A stretch of 63,018 nucleotides of DNA, filler included, from Corallochytrium limacisporum Hawaii (taxonomy: Eukaryota > Protista > Pluriformea): NCBI GenBank assembly GCA_002811645.1. It is 5 parts of 5 records of this genome, joined end to end, with 100 filler letters (N's around TTAATTAATTAA, not from the genome) between each part and the next. Parts side by side here need not be neighbours in the genome. Positions count along the whole stretch, not along the records: positions 34,377 to 52,154 come from PDIP01000254.1; 4 more parts are not named here. One strand, written 5' to 3'. A model generated the notes under the pieces. The model ran no database searches. It was given only the letters and a program-made list of their open reading frames with translations, and was not told the DNA's origin. Below, piece by piece: positions 35,011-48,900 of the stretch; the stretch's first letter is position 1; each line of letters opens with the position of its first letter. The position numbers were made by a program, and so were the translations under genes.

Positions 35011-36783
35011 ATGCCGATCGTTCGCAGTATAGTATCTGGGGATAATCCCATGATCCAGGGCAATGTCTACAGGAATGGCTCTGCATTCAGTGTGAAATTC
35101 CTGCGCAAGTCATGCCTAGAGTTCTATGCCCTACAAGAGTTCGTGACAGCCGAGTTCTGGGCGGACAAGGCTGTGACAGTGGGCAACGGAAATCAAGTTG
35201 ACTATTTCTTGCTGGCAAGATGCGTGTTTGGACAAGGTCAGTACCACCGTTGCATGCATATGATAGAAGCACAGGGACTGGCAGAAGTTTCAATCTTGGC
35301 TGCGTGTATAGCTTCCAAGTGCCGAGTAGCAATGGGTGATCTCGATTCGGCTATGCTCATCATGCGCGGGGTCCTGGCTGCAGATGAGGTGCCTGGAGAG
35401 ATCCTAATGACACGAGCTGTTTTAAAGAGTCTGGATAAGAACCTTATGGAGCTCCTGGGCCTGTCCGAAGAGACGATCATCAGTCACTGCCATTTCACAG
35501 CTGGTTCGATTGCTCAAAGTCTAGATCAGTTAAAGCGTTCCAGAGACCAATATGCGAATGCATTGAAGGCAAATGTACGGCACTATGAAGCTCTACAACG
35601 CCTGGTGAACCAGGGTCATCTGGGCTTCTCTCAGAGCAGTACGGACGAGACGACTAAGGAAAGTACTGATGACCAAGGGACCATGGAAGTGGGTGATGCC
35701 TTTCTGGCCAATTTGGATTTCCAGTGGCAAGTTGGGAATCGGGATGCAGGACAGCTCCTGCAAAGGCTCTATTCTGTACTGGGCAGGCAAACTTCGTCTG
35801 GCATCGGAAGTGGGAATTTCGACGGTGAGGACATTGAGTCAGACAAGGATTTGCAGATCTTTGCGAACAGTCACTGCGTCCTTATCGCCCGCGCACGCCA
35901 ACTGCAGATGCGTGGAATGAATCACGAGGCCCATGCAATCACGTCACAGGTGCTAGATGAGGATCCCTATAACGAGGAATGTCTTCCGATCCACCTTGTC
36001 TGCTTGGTGAGCCTGCAAAAGAGCAACGAATTGTACATTATGGGCCAAAATCTGGTCAACACGTGCCCGGACAAGGCTGTGGCCTGGTTCGGTGTGGCCT
36101 GCTTCTACTACTCTGAACGTGACTATACTAAGGCACGGATGTACTTTAGTAAGGCCACACTCTTGGAGCCGCAATATGCGGCGGCATGGATTGGATTTGG
36201 CCACTCTTTTGCCGCAGAGCACAATCACGACCAGGCAATCACTGCATACGGCACCGCAGCACGGTATTACTACCGCATTCACTGGCCGTATCTCTTCACT
36301 GGAGTCGAGTACATGCGCAGCAACAACCTACAGATGGCTCAGCTATTCTACGCCAAGGCAGCTATCGACGGAGGCAATGACCCGGTCCTTCTGCACGAAC
36401 AGGGTGTAGTGGCATACCTGATGAATGACTTCCGTACGGCCCACAAATTCTTCTCTCAGGCCTGCGACGGATTTGTTGAACAAGGCAACGGCAAGCTCAC
36501 GGCCGTTGCAGAGCCCTCATTGACCAACCTGGGGCACACTCGGCGCAAACTAAAGATGTACAAGGATGCTGTGAACACATACAAGAAGGCAATCTTTTTG
36601 AGTCCACAGTGCGTACCCATACTGCTGGGCCTAGGCTACACGAAGCATCTCATAGGTGCCCAAAGCGAGGCAATCAGCTACTATCACGAAGCTCTGCGGG
36701 TCAACCCAAACCACTCAGTGGCTGCCACACTGTTGCACCTGGCCGTGCACGAGGGGCTCGACACTGAAGATGTCATGAAGTGA
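35011..36783 (+). CDS. CDC16: Anaphase-promoting complex subunit 6 (TPR)
   Basis: AEFWADK, CLPIHLVCLV, AWFGVACFY, ARMYFSKAT, AWIGFGHSFAAE..HDQAITAY, DPVLLHEQGVVAY, NLGHTRRKL. Start ATG 35011 or 35050. Confidence 0.93.
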   Translation: MPIVRSIVSGDNPMIQGNVYRNGSAFSVKFLRKSCLEFYALQEFVTAEFWADKAVTVGNGNQVDYFLLARCVFGQGQYHRCMHMIEAQGLAEVSILAACIASKCRVAMGDLDSAMLIMRGVLAADEVPGEILMTRAVLKSLDKNLMELLGLSEETIISHCHFTAGSIAQSLDQLKRSRDQYANALKANVRHYEALQRLVNQGHLGFSQSSTDETTKESTDDQGTMEVGDAFLANLDFQWQVGNRDAGQLLQRLYSVLGRQTSSGIGSGNFDGEDIESDKDLQIFANSHCVLIARARQLQMRGMNHEAHAITSQVLDEDPYNEECLPIHLVCLVSLQKSNELYIMGQNLVNTCPDKAVAWFGVACFYYSERDYTKARMYFSKATLLEPQYAAAWIGFGHSFAAEHNHDQAITAYGTAARYYYRIHWPYLFTGVEYMRSNNLQMAQLFYAKAAIDGGNDPVLLHEQGVVAYLMNDFRTAHKFFSQACDGFVEQGNGKLTAVAEPSLTNLGHTRRKLKMYKDAVNTYKKAIFLSPQCVPILLGLGYTKHLIGAQSEAISYYHEALRVNPNHSVAATLLHLAVHEGLDTEDVMK

Positions 36784-36916
36784 AATAGTAAGGAATTGTG
36801 TGAGTATAGAGAATTTAAAAAAGGTATGTATTTCTTAAAAGTGTGCGTACTTAAACTTACGTTCCCATTGTTAATGATGGTGGTGGTGGTGGTAGTAGTA
36901 GGAACGCAAGTACAGT

Positions 36917-39900
36917 TTACTCCACAAGGGCCTGTGCAATAGCGATATCATCGCTGTAGGATATAGAAACCTTGATGGAGGCAAAGCCAGAAGTGTTGAA
37001 CACATCCAGCGCGTAACCATGCAGCTGCACAGTAGGGGCACCGCTCACACTGGGAACGATTTCAAAGTCGAGCAGCGGTGCTTCTGCACTGTTCCAAACC
37101 TTACGGTTGGCAGTGGTAGACATTGCTGAGGTCAGTGCCTTGAGCACTGCCTCCTTCGCGGCCCAACGGCCAGCGTATGAGGCGGCCGGGTGGGCGGCAC
37201 TGTTGCAATACTCCTGCTCAGCGGGAGTAAAGTTGCGATGAATCATGTTGCCCTTCTGCTCAATGGGCTCGAAAGTGGCAATCTTCTCGACGTCAATACC
37301 CACGCCGCGGTTGCCGCGGTCAGTACCGGCGTCCTTGGTGGCAGGCTCCTTGTACAGTCCCTCGGCACGCTCCTGGACGGTGGCGGCCAGGCGCTGGTGC
37401 GGTGAGGTGGCAGTTGTGCGCGGTTTGGTGGTGGATCGCGACTGCTGAGACTGTTGGGACTCCTGAGACTGCGAGGTCTTACCCTTGAGCAGTTCGGTGC
37501 GGGGAGAGGGGCGCACCTCATCCTTCGCCGCATCCGAGGACTTCACGGCTTCGAGCAGGAGCGCATCCTCACTGTCCACGGCAGGGAACATCCATGTGCC
37601 CTTGGCGGAACTGTACTGGGCGCGGGCCAGTGGGTCGAGGAAGATGCGCTCCATGTCCGCATCACCGTAAGGGGCGTGCGACTTGACTTGCACAAGTGTG
37701 TGCTTGGCACTGTAGACGCCCTGCTGGTACCGGTACACAGCGTTCTCACGTCCATTGCGCAGACTAAGGTATGCATCGAAGCGTTCTTTGGTAAGAGTGG
37801 CCAGCAGGTACTGCGGATGCACCAAGAGGATCTCTGCGCCGGCTTGACCGAATCCAAAGGACTTAAGCAGAGCAGCCTTGATGAAGGGTACCTGCATAGA
37901 CTTGTTCGGGTAGAACAAATGGGTGAAGGCACTCAGTTCTGGACTGACATTGTCCAGGTTCCGGTTGCCAGGAATAATGCCATCGTTGAGACACTGGAGC
38001 AGACCGTTGAGCATCCATGCACAGGCAGCACCCTTCGGATGGCCCGTCAGGTACTTCTGGGCAATGGCGTACATTGGGTTGCCCTCAGACCTTCCGAGAT
38101 GCTCCATCTGGCGCTGGATGACGGAGCTCTCGTTCTGGTCGTTTAGTTTAGTCGACGTACCGTGGAAGGAAGCAACGGTCAAGTCGTCGACGGTCAGGCC
38201 CCATACTGCAAGAGCACCGCGAAGGGGCGCAATGCTCGTGTCGTTGCGGTAGAAGCCTTGACCCCAAGTGTCATAGGCGGCCTGGCGCTTACGATGCGCC
38301 ATCTGCCGCACATACGCAGCCTTGGAGCTGTGGGCCCGGGCGCTCTGTCCCGCAGAGCCCGATGAGGACGGGGAGCCTACAACAGCCACACCGTCGCTTT
38401 CATCACCGAGGGACGAAGACATGGACGTCGATCCAGGTCCTGGAACGGCTAGAGAGCCAGCCGCGGCGCCCAATTTGCGCAGTTGAGTCTCTTCCCAGGC
38501 GGTGATGGACTCTAGCTCCGCGGTCAGGTTGTCGCGACGGAAACGAAGGTCCATCAGAGGGTTGGCACTTGTGCTATCGGCGGAGGTACCGTCGACAAGG
38601 TGCTCCCGGGCGGTGCTCAGGATACCCTTGCCCGGCGCGGGGATGCTCCTGCCTTCACGGTCGGTGGCAGTGGCGGTGTGGCCGAGGATACCGTAAATGG
38701 GGACTCCCATGTCCAGGGCCAGCTCCGCATCCATAAGGACCTGTACACCAGAGCCGTGACTCTCGAGGAAGCCCGCACGGCTGTCAGTGAAGGGTCGGGA
38801 GGCCTCGTGGACGAGGCGCCCCTTCTTAGCGTCTTCAGTGCTGTCGTTAGTAGCACCCATGACACCAAATTCATATGACGAGGCCTCACTAAAGTCATCA
38901 TAGCCACCGGCCAGCATGACGCGGGCCTTGCCACTCAAAATGGTGTCGCAGGCAATCTCTACACTTTCTGCGGCAGTAGCACAGGCACCGACTGGTGTCT
39001 TCACCGGACCACAGCTGCTGAGCAAGAGCATGTTAATCCAGGCGGGCATGGTGTTAATGAAGCTTTCGGCCATAGTATCGCTCGGAAGTTCAGATTCTAC
39101 CTTGCGCTCGATAAACATGCGCTTCAATTGGCGCTGGCCACCCATGCCTGAGCCGGACGCATTTCCGACCTCAGAGAGATGGACGTACGCATAGAATTCG
39201 TACGGATCCGAGACACCGCTGCACACCAGGGCGTCAACCGTAGCAACCAGTGCGTAAAGAGTGACAGGGTCGACGCTGTCTGCAATGTCCGCGGGGACAC
39301 CAAGCAACTTGGCATCCCAGCCAGTGGGCACCTGGCCAGCCACGAACCGGCGGAAATTCAGGGCGCGAGGGATGTGCATGACCGCACCCTTGCGCAGACG
39401 GACATACCAAGGGCCATCGTTGGGTGCCTGGAAAACATCACAGGCGTCCGGACCGCCGGACTCCCTTTGCACGTCCCGAGCGGTGGCCTCATCCGCCACT
39501 TCGACGGGCACGGCGTCGCGATCCAGAGCAACGGCGTGCAGCATGGACTTGGCCTCTGGGCGGTAGCCCTCAAACAATTCGGGCTCCACCACGCGGATGC
39601 CACAGCGCTCCAGCAAAGTCTGCTCGTAGATGGCCTTGATTTCATGATCAGCCACTGGCTCCATGGTGGTGGCGTCCACCCAGCCGAAGTACTGTTGCCG
39701 TGGGTTACTCTTCAGAGGTCCCCGGTTGGGCTTGATTAGGCCAATTAGCCACGCGAGCTGGATGCAGCCCTCAAGACTAAACTCACCATAAGCTTCCATC
39801 TCCCAACGAGTGTGGCTGCCACCGTACGGTCCGACCTCGCCAAATCCTGTTACAACCACGACCTGTCGCAGATCAACAGCGTTTTGCAGATTGCACTGCA

Positions 39901-42900
39901 TATTGCTAAAGCGGGCTTTCTCTGCAGGCGTCTCCGGCATTTTCGGGAACGCCGTGTACATGCGAAGAGGGTTACTCAGTTTCGCGGCGGTAGGACGGGC
40001 CGCAGGGGCGGCAGCAGCAGGTCCAGCAGAAGTCTTTGCAGACTGATGCAGGGCCTTCTGCAGACGACTCTGCTGCTGCAGATCCTCACGGATGGCGTTT
40101 GTCTTGGCCTTGATGTCACTGATGACATGCCAGTTGCCGGTCAGATCGGCCCAGAGGGGCTCTTCGGCAGCCATGGTAGCCATGTAGGGATGCAACAGAC
40201 CGACCAGATTATAGGCCATTTCCGTGGTGTGGAAGGTACGGCAGCCCATTGCCTCAACTCCCGGACTGACAATGTTGTTCTGATACATCAGACGGCTACG
40301 AGTCCAACCAATGACCGCAGTGGCCAAGGACAAGTAGTTTTGCCATCCTTCGCTCTCCCACTTGTGCACAAGAGACTCGAGACCAAGCTTAGACTCCGCA
40401 TACAGACCGTCGAAGCCGAATACACCATGATTCGGACTGCATGGGAGGAGCACCATTGCTGGACGGGTCTCAATGCCGTGCTCCTGCTTCGTTGCCTTAA
40501 CAGCACCCAAAAGACGGACCACATTGGTCAGCATCATGCGATGGCTCAGTTCACTACGGCCATCAATGCTGCTGATATCCCGGCCATTCTCCGGAGCGGC
40601 AGCGAAAGGAATGATAAAGTCCAAGTCGTATCCGTAGTCGGAATAGATGCGCTGCACAAGGGCTTCAGTGTCCTGTGCAGAGCTGCCGTTGTAGGTCTCT
40701 AGGTGGAGCTTAGATCCCTTGGAACCAAACTCCTGGTAAATTTCCCGGTAAAGCTCAAAGATCTTCTCCAACTGGGCGGTCGGACGACTGCCGCGGTAAC
40801 CCACAATAACGGTAGCACCGCCTTCCAGCAGGGCCTTGACAATTTCAATGCCAATGCTACCATTGCCAGCACCGGTGACAAGCGCCACCTGACCGGCGAA
40901 GGAGACACCACTTACGGCAATGTCGTGGAGACAGCTCAGGTACTTCGAAGTCAAATCCTCGGCGTAGATGCGGACCAAAGAGTCAAAGTCCGATACCTTC
41001 TTGAGATGGACGTGCGGGATCTCAGTCGGCACACTGACAGAGGTAGTGATGGCAGGCTTCTGAGTAGGCACCGTAGCATCCTCAGGAATACCAGTGATCA
41101 TACTGGTGGTACCCTGGGTAGGCTTCAGAGACATGCGCATGGCTTCCAACTTCTGGCCAGCGGGAAGTCCCTTAGCGCCACGGGCACCGCTCTCAGCGTC
41201 TTCGTACATACCATAGGAGCTGAAGGTTGAAGCATCGTCAGACTCCATCGCGGCAAGTAGAGGACTGTTTCGGAAACGGGCTTCCTCAGAGTCCTCCTCT
41301 GCTGTGCCCTCGACGTTGAATGGCTTGTCACGTCCGTGAACAACCACAGTCTGCGACGGGTTGGCTACTGGTTGCAAGCTGCTGCGGTCGTATTGAACAC
41401 CTCGGCTCATTTCCTGCACATACTGCTCGGCGTTGCTGACATCAGTGCGAGGCACCTCACGGTAGTCAATTGCACCGCTGCCCTCCTTCACGGTAACCTC
41501 GGGAGCATCGGTGACAATAGTAGCACCGTTGTAGATAGGTGCCTTGTCGATCCACTGTTTGGATTGCTCAGCCAGCAGAGCAATAGCTTGCGCGTACTCA
41601 GTCAGACCAAGCTCTTCGTTCATGACCGCAAAGTACTCGACAGCCTTGACAAACGGCTCAGTGGCGCGGTTGCTCATGAAATTGCGGAACCATTCGCGTG
41701 GCGGGGTGGAAGATCGAATGTCTTCGACGGAACTGGTGATAAAGTTAGCCATGTTTTCGTAGTAATTCAGCTTCACAGTGTCCATTGTGCGGTTCGCATC
41801 GGTGCCCTCAATCTTAGCCAGGACATGGTGGTAAAGCTGCAAAGCGTCCTGGATAACCCAGTTCCAGTATGAGTCGTACGTACGGCTCTTTGCGGCTTGG
41901 TGCTGGGGCTGGATACCATCGCAGAATTCATCGCCGAGCTCAGCAGTGAGCTCAGCCAACTTGTCTTCCAAGGCCCGGTTGTCGGTCATAGCCTGCATCA
42001 ACTGCTCGTGGATCTTTACGTTGCGAGGCGCACCGTGCTCCTTTTCAAGGTAGGCCTGGCAAGCCTCCAGAGAGGCCCCAACGAGTGACTTGAGAGCATC
42101 GCGTTGAGGACCCATCATCTGCTTGAGCGCCTCAGGGCTCATGGCCATGGCACCACCCATCATTGCACCTCCGGCTCCACCGCTACCGGCCTTGGCCGCG
42201 TGAGGGATGGAGATAGATGCTATAGTACTGGCGTAATCATCTACAACAGTGTCAATCCATCCCTTCGCCTCCTCAGCGGAGCCGAAGCGCTTAGCCGGAG
42301 GCATGGCGAGGGCATGTAGCAGCACTGCAGTCTGGCGCAGGGGTCCCAGCAGGCGAGTTTCAGAGAGATATGCCCGGACGGCCTGTACAGAGTTGAAGCC
42401 ACCAGGCAGTTTCGCACTGAGCATTTTGGTTACCAGCCCAGAAGAAACCTTGCCAAGATCCGAATAGGGGCCAGCTTTGGCGAGACGGGAACCGACGTCG
42501 GTTAGCGGTAGATCAGCGATGCCGTCGGCACTGGCATCTCCGAATTCCTGTGCGAGGTCGCCCACCAATTCGTTCTGAATGGCAGAGCGGCCTCCGGTGA
42601 GTTGCTTCAGAGTGGTCTGCTCACCAACCTCGCGCAGACCGCCTTCCTTCTTCAGTTTGGCGGCGATTAGACAACGCATGGCATGTGTGACATCAATAGG
42701 GACGTCGTCCACGGGCTGCAAAGCAGGGCCAGCACTGGCCATAGCCATAGCAGGCATCATAGCCATAGATGCGCCACCGCTGGCACCACCACCGCCACTC
42801 ACGGCCGCCTTGGCACCTTCGACGTTGTTACCAAAGTCGTTGACAATGCCGTCCAACCATTGTTGTGATTCGTCAGCACTACCGTGGCGCTTCTTGGGCT

Positions 42901-45900
42901 GAGCAGTGAGACCATAGATCAGGACAGATTCCACAGTACCATCCTTAAGACCCTTACGATCACGCAGATAGGCCTTCACTGCCTGTAGGTTGAAGCCGCC
43001 GGCCAGTTTGGCAGAGACCATCTTCGTGACTTGGCCGTTGATATGCTTGCCCGGTCCCTTGTATACGTCCTGAAGTTTAGTAGAAGTTTGTTCAAGAGGA
43101 AGCTCTCCAACACCTTCTGGCAGTGCATTAGCACCAAACTCAGCGCCCAGATCGCCTACCAATTCGTTTAGAATTGCACTGCGGCCCTTGCTAAGAGCCT
43201 TGGGTGTATCCGAGGACTTGATGCTGGTGTACTCCAGTTGAAGCTTCTGCGCAAGCATCACGCGCACAACCAGACCGGCGTTGGGCACAAAGTCGGCAGA
43301 AGCCGACGACGGAGCTGCTGCTGCAGGTGCTGCAACAGGGGCGGGGGCCACAGGCGCCGCAGCGGGGGTAGCAGCAGGCTCTGGAGCGGGTGGCTCGCTC
43401 TCCTCGCCTCCAGTTACTTCGCTCTCCTCCTCACTGGTAGCGACCTGGAGATTGCTGATGTAGTCGGCAGCAGATGGGCCACAGTCTTCCAATTCGTAGA
43501 AGATGTCCGCGCGGTTGTTACCCCACCACAGGATCTCAGGAACGTATTCATCGTCCTCGTCAACCGAGTAGACGTTGACCTTCAACGAGTTCTTGGCCAT
43601 GGTGACTAGAGTCGGAGCAGGACCCATTTCAATCACGCGTTGTGTGCGAGCCATAAAGACCACGTCCTGTGTATCAATCCAACGCACAGGCATAGCAAAC
43701 TGGTGGGCTAGCAACTCAATGAGCAGAATTCGGGCCTTTTGAGCATCGTGCAGCGTACTGAGACGATCGCCTTCGAGAATCATGTTCAGATTCTTGGACC
43801 CAGTCACCTCCGCAACATGACGAATGAAAGTCTTTTCCACAGAGAACGGCTCAGCTACGACGTTGGGGATGTACCGCTGCAGCAGGTGCGGCAGAGCCTT
43901 GAGGACGCGTGGAATGGTAATCTTCGGCGCCAGCAGTGAGCGGAACGCATCAACGCCGTCGAGCAACTGCTTGGAATGGAAGGGTACATCAATGCCCGGC
44001 AGAGGGATCGTGGCTACACCGCGCTCCAGTTGGAAGGGGCGGCCGAACTTCTTGGCGACCACTGCCTTCCTCTCAGCTGCACTGAGTCCTTCGGCAATGA
44101 TACCGGGTAGGTCGTCCTGAAGCTCCTTCAGGGTCTGCTCGTTAACTGTCTTGGCCTTTGTGATGCGGGCCTTGATGTTGTTAAGAACGTAGCACAGAGC
44201 TTCCAGGGTGACCAGCTCACCAGAAACAACATACTGCAAGTTGCGCACATTGTAGTTAACAATCTGAATAAGTTTCCCGTTGCTCTCCTCCTCTATCTTG
44301 TTCACAATGTACTCCAGCATCTCGTGACTGAATCCCTTGTGGATGCGCATAGGGTTTGCAGCAACCATGGCATAGTTGCTACGGCCTTCAGCGTCGCGTA
44401 CGACAGCGTTCTGCATAACCATACCGCGCAAGAAGACAGTAGCAACCAGATCCTCAATTGTGAGGACATCAGCCACAGAAGCGATTGCGGCGTATTCTCC
44501 CAGGGAGTGACCGGCGAAGAGAAGATCTCCTTCTGGAATGATACCCTTGGAGCGCAACTCCTCAAATGCTGCCTTCTGCACGAGCACAAGTGCTGGCTGA
44601 CTGAACTGCGTTGCAAACAACAGACCTTCCGGGGACTGGAACGAGAAGGACTTGGTATCCGGCCGGATTTCTGCAATGAGCTGACGATCGTTGCCAGTGG
44701 CGGGGTCCTTCGCGCGCATAGCCAGATAGTTGTCACGGATGCGCTTACCCAGGGGTCCACCAAAGTGAATCTCTAGATGCTTCGGGTTGTTTCGGACAAT
44801 GTCAAGGATGCTGAAACCGTAAGTCTTCTTGAAGAATATATCTGCCCGATCCCAGACCTTGCGGCTGACCTCGCTGGTCTCGTACAAGTCCATACCCATT
44901 CCGGCCACAGCACTGCCTTGGCCAGTGAAGAAGAAGGCTGTGGGCGCCTGGTCCACTTCAGCACGTCCCTGCAACACAACGGAGCCTCCCTTCACCTTGC
45001 GAACCTCGACGCGGACCAACCACCGGCCATTGCGAAGGCCGGTGTGAATCAACTGCGTCACCAGTTCGTCACCAGGAAATACCATATCCAGGAATTCAAC
45101 TGAGTAGTCATGGATACTGTGGCGGTTCAGGTTGGACATGTGGTCCTCCAGAATGCCACGGGCCATACATGCAGTCCACATGCCATGAACAATGGGCGAT
45201 CCATTGGGAAGGTTGGCATACGTGGCAATCATCTCATTGCGGTGAATGGGGTTCATGTCACCGGACGCCTGAGCATAGTCCATGCAATCTGTCGGAGCAG
45301 TCACAAGGGCGGGTTCTTCCAACAAAGTGTAACCGCTGTTCTCAAAGATTGTACCAGTTGTGGTGGAATCCTTCAGGGACTGCAAAGTAGCCAGTACAGT
45401 GTTCTGGGCGAGAGGGGCCGACTTATCAGAGTGCAAGAAGCTAATAGTTCCAATCTGCTCTAGAGATCCGGCCTTGTTCTTGATCATGGACTCCGCAGTT
45501 GCCTTACGGAAGACGGATCCTTCCACATTGATGTGAGAGAAAGCGTTCTTACTCTTCCGCTGCTCCATAATGTTCAAAGACAGCGACAGCCGGTCACCCA
45601 AAGCCAGAGGCTGCTGAATATCGAGCCAGGATTGGCGTTCGAGAATAAACTTGGTAGCCGCATCGTCCAATGCAATCTCAATGGTCTCCGTGTACCTCTC
45701 AAAGTTGAGATCCTTGTACTCAAAGAGTCCACGAATAAGGAAGGTCGACTCTACAGTCATCCATGGCACCGGTGCCTGGTCAACCAGGCGGTACAGTTGA
45801 GCCACAGCAGTGACTTCCTTTCCGGGATCGGTAATCTTGATGGCAGAGATATGTCCCTTGATCTTCATCTCATCACCGATGGCAATTCCGCAAGTTGGCA

Positions 45901-48900
45901 GACCCTCAACGTTTTGGCTGATCAGTTTGTAACGATGCGAGCGGTGTACAAGGCTCAACAGGTTACCCTCCAGACCATCAACAAACAAAGCCTTCATGAG
46001 GGCCTTCCAGGACAGAATGGTGGCAAAGTCCATGCTTGGTACCTCACTCAGAAGGCGCCTGGAATGGAAATCATCAACCCGGCCGATGGCTGCGTTGAAC
46101 TTCTTGACATCGTCCATGGAAACCTTGGTAACGTAATCGAAGGTGGCATAGGGATCGAAGCCCTGAGCTGAGGAGGAGCTGTCATCAAGCCAGATCGCCT
46201 TGTAGTACTGGCGAATGGACTGACCATGCTGCATACCTTGGTCCTTGGGCTCGTGGAGACAAGAAAATTCATGCTCAGGACGGTAGACAAAGGTGATGTT
46301 CAAAGAGGTATCCAAATCGTTAAATAGCAGCTCAATCCAAGATTCGGAAGCCTTGGGAACCAGGCACAACTGTGCCTGAACCTTGCCAGCTTCGTCAACC
46401 ATTTGGAAGCAGTTTGGATCAGGTTGGCTGAACTTGTAACCCTCCCTTGGCCTGAACACGTCCGGAATCCGATTTGATGACCACTTATCTCCATTCATTA
46501 CCCGAGGACAGCTGAAAGCACTGCTCAGCCACTCACTTTGCTTGAGCGCCTTGTGCAAATCGGCCCAAAGACCACGGGGGCGTGTAGCATCGTCAGTGTC
46601 TGCCGCTGGCAGTGCGTACTGTTGCGAAGGGAAGACCAGAGACTCTACCTCCTCTACGGTTGTGACCTTGAGCAAGCTGATGTACTCGTCATGGATGCTT
46701 CTAAAGATATCAGCGACAGGTTCATTGGCCTTTGTTGAGTACTTGGCCGCAACGGGACCATGAAGAACTGCTACTTTCTGAGCATCGCGTCCAGGAACGG
46801 CGTCGACCTGCTCGCTGAACCACAGACTGTCCTTCTTGTACCAGAATTCAAGCTCCTTGTCTACAACAGGCACAAAATTGACTGGCTTGCCCTTCGCCAG
46901 GTTGGCACAAAGATGAATGAAGAAGGCGACATCTTCATCGCTCAACAAGGTACGGCGCACCTCAGGATAGCTGTCGACGAATCGATTCACAACAGCCATT
47001 GGATCCTCATCCAAAATGGCCATGTTGCTTGCAATCATTTCGCCTTTCTTTTCATCGATGAAGCGTTGCTCCGTCCTCAGCATGAACTCGAAGGTACGGC
47101 GCTGGTAGCCAATATCGATCCAACGGTTGGGTTCCAGTCTACCTTCCTCATCACCACCGTTGTACACATACATAAGCTCAACCATTCGCCTCAGAGTCTC
47201 GGCATAGGTGAGCTGCTCCATCTCAGCAACAGAGCCATCCTCCTTGCGCCCAAAGTAAGGCTTCTGGAAGTCGTTGTTGAGGCGGTGAATAATGGCCTCC
47301 CGATCCCGAAGGATGGCCTGTTCCCGTTCCTTGGAGCCACGGGGAAGACTGAAGTACTTGCGGTCAAATTCGTCCCAGCAGCGCATTCCCCGGTTTACCA
47401 GCTTGTGAATCGGCTCTCCTAGCTCAGACATGACACTGATGACACCACCTACTCCACCATCGTAGGAAGCTGTCCATTTGTCCTCATCCTCGGCACCGTA
47501 TGCGTCGACAATCATTTGCTTCACGCTGGGCCAAGTGGCTGCCTCCTTTGCAACCATCCAGCGGGATCCCATTAGAATACCATCGCAAGGCATGCAAGGA
47601 TATCCCAGGCGTTGAGACCAAGAACCATCCAGGTATGCCACTGAACCCTTGGCGTCACCAAATCCGGATCCCACAAGAAGCACAACATTGGGCTGCTTGC
47701 GGATGGCACCGTACATCTTCAGCAGCGGTTTGTGGAAGTCTTCAGAAGAGTGATGACCACCACCACGGCCACCGGTCCACTGCAGAACAAAGGTGAAGTT
47801 CGGGTGTGCCTCCGCAATTTCAAGGACCTGTTCCATAGCATTTACGTTGCCTGGTTTGAAGCTCATGTACGTCATGCCGCACTCACGCAGGTCACTGATG
47901 ATATCAATAGCCTTGTCCATGGAGGGTACTCCAGCACCGATGGTGATGGACTCGAATGGGTAACCCTGAGCACTGAGCTCCTTGACCAGGGGGAATTGGA
48001 AACCCCACTGGTAGGCATTGAGGTAGAGCATGTTAATAGCAATACCCCGGCCAGGTTCAAGCTTGCTGACCAGTTCATCCAGCTTCTCTACGAACAGGGA
48101 TGGAATCGGCAAACCACCAGCTGCCAACTCACCATGGAAGCCCTCGTTGGTGGCAGCAGCAACAAGATCGATGCCATAGAAAGATGTGGTTGGAGTCATA
48201 CCGGACATGATCAATGGCGGACGACCCGTTAGCTGGCTAAAGCGTGTCCACAACATCCGCTTACCATCCTTTTTCCGCCTGACCATGCGCGGTGCGTATT
48301 CTTTAGCCCAGTTAGTCGGACCCTCCGGGTACAAGACATGCTGTGTCGGGATTCTGTAGAGCAGAGAGTCGGTCTTCACGGCAATGATATCAGTTTCTGT
48401 TTCCGGCTCTTTGTCCTCCGACTCTTCGCTCAGGTTCACCGGTGGCTTGTATGGCTCACGCTGGGGCCGGACCGCCATAACCTGCTGTCCACGACCTTCA
48501 ACCATGCCACCAATCATGCGGGCCGTTGCTCCAATGCTCGCTTGCCCGACAGGTCCGTACTCCAAAATATGTGTGGTTTGCAGAGACGCGACAATCTCCT
48601 GGAAGTTCATCTGAGAAACGGCTTGCAAAGCGATTACGTGCTGCACCAATGACACGGTGGCAGTGTCCAGTTTGCGCAGATCAGTCGCATTGCAAGTGTC
48701 CAGCACGGAGAAGGCCAGGGACTGCGGGGTCAGCTCCAAGAGGGTAGTGCACTGGCGTGTTTGCAGGTCAGAGACCACCTGTTGCACCACTGCCTTGGCC
48801 AGAGAGCTGTGGAAGGGAACGCTCACCCTCAAGAAGCTTGCCTTGACAACTGCTTTGCGCTTCGGGTAGGGTACACGGGACTGATCCTCGGTATCGTCCA